The translations under genes were made by a program, and so were the position numbers. Of a DNA stretch of 64,000 nucleotides, positions 63,096 through 64,000 are shown one piece after another; positions within the stretch are counted from its first letter, which is position 1, and each line of letters begins with the position of its first letter. Location of the stretch: assembly GCA_051362555.1 (NCBI GenBank), contig CM120640.1:19530001-19594000 (forward strand). The letters are read 5' to 3'. The notes beneath the pieces are model-generated. The model searched no databases. It saw nothing but the letters and a program-made list of their open reading frames with translations, and was not told where the DNA came from. Source of the stretch: Lingula anatina (lineage: Eukaryota; Animalia; Brachiopoda).

Positions 63096-63665
63096 TTTTT
63101 ATGTACAGACACAGATGTGTCTGTACATATTGCCATCACCTGCGTCTGTCGTCGCCGTCCCTGTCGCCGTCGATGTCGCCGTCGCCGTCGCCGTCGCCGT
63201 GCACTTTCATCGTTAACACGATAAGTGGAAGACAGTTTTACTTTTTGGCTTTATATTTACAGAGCTGATGAATATTCATAAAATGCAGGTCAAGTTCGAA
63301 AATCAGCATGTTTGGGCAATTATTGTAGTATTTATATTGTGTTTTCACTTTTTAGCATATATGCAACACTGTTAACACATTTCAAGGAAAACCGATAGGC
63401 CTGTTGTCATGAAACTCACAGGAGTAATTAATCTTACTAAAACGCAGATCAAGTTCGAAAATCAGCATGATCGGGCCACTATTTTAGTAGTTATGCTGTT
63501 TTTTTCACTTTTCAGCATATGTGCAACACTGTTAACACATTTCAAGGAAAACCAATAGACCTGTTGTCATGAAACTCACAGGAGTAATTAATCTTATTAA
63601 AATGCAGGTCAAGTTCGAAAATCAGCATAATCAGGCCATTATTTTATAAGTTATGCTGTTTTTAA
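63096..63665 (+). mobile_element. Helentron-associated non-autonomous element (HINE/DINE-1-like) in a TAO kinase intron
   Basis: T-run, then a perfect 14-bp inverted repeat (63100-63129), then a (GTCGCC)n microsatellite (about 63148-63200), then tandem repeats of about 160 bp (CAAGTTCGAAAATCAGCAT at 63291, 63450, 63610). The 3' terminus was not identified. Confidence 0.7.
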
Positions 63666-64000
63666 ACATTTCCTCAGATTCAATTCTTAGGCATGTTAAC
63701 AGTCTCATTATTTAACTAATAAGATTCGTAAAAGTGTTTGTTTGACATTTCCTGCATCTTTACAACATTGTTAGTTGATTATGTAAAAATGATGGTAAAC
63801 TTGTTATCATGTATTGTATAATAGAGTTTCAAAAATGGAAATAAACTCATATCATTGCAGTTTGTCAGATTCATTCATTCACTATGTTCAGAAACTCAGA
63901 ATGGAGGAAATTGGACATTAAACACTGTTCTATTGATATTTTTCCCATCTCATCAATTTTCTTAGTTGATCATATATAAATGGCAGTAAATTGTTAATTT

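Noticed and set aside
1-64000. CRISPR array, rRNA, tRNA or a prokaryote-type system
   Set aside because: The DNA is eukaryotic with spliced genes. No regular repeat-spacer array, cas-like ORF, cloverleaf or rRNA-like sequence was seen by eye.

Overview
AT-rich, intron-containing animal DNA, most likely a marine invertebrate. A lophotrochozoan is plausible but cannot be proven from sequence alone. Manual splicing with reading frames that join correctly at every intron gives five protein-coding genes. (1) The 5' part of a p190RhoGAP (ARHGAP35/ARHGAP5 family) on the minus strand, with 7 coding exons in 1-7277 and a probable promoter about 19.5 kb upstream near 26,950. (2) An intronless GT31 beta-1,3-glycosyltransferase (30213-31625, minus). 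(3) A complete 17-exon, 530-aa NIMA-related kinase (35128-41762, minus). (4) An orphan 361-aa type I membrane receptor with an ITAM-like tyrosine pair (47348-49604, minus). (5) The first three coding exons of a TAO kinase (62172-62997, plus). Two introns use GC donors. Mobile DNA includes a 5'-truncated RTE-type LINE, Helentron-associated (HINE/DINE-1-like) elements, several MITEs, short perfect palindromes, and a frameshifted coding relic with foreign-looking codon usage. No tRNA, rRNA or CRISPR array was seen. The best candidate for something undescribed is the orphan receptor. All family assignments come from motif recognition, not database searches.
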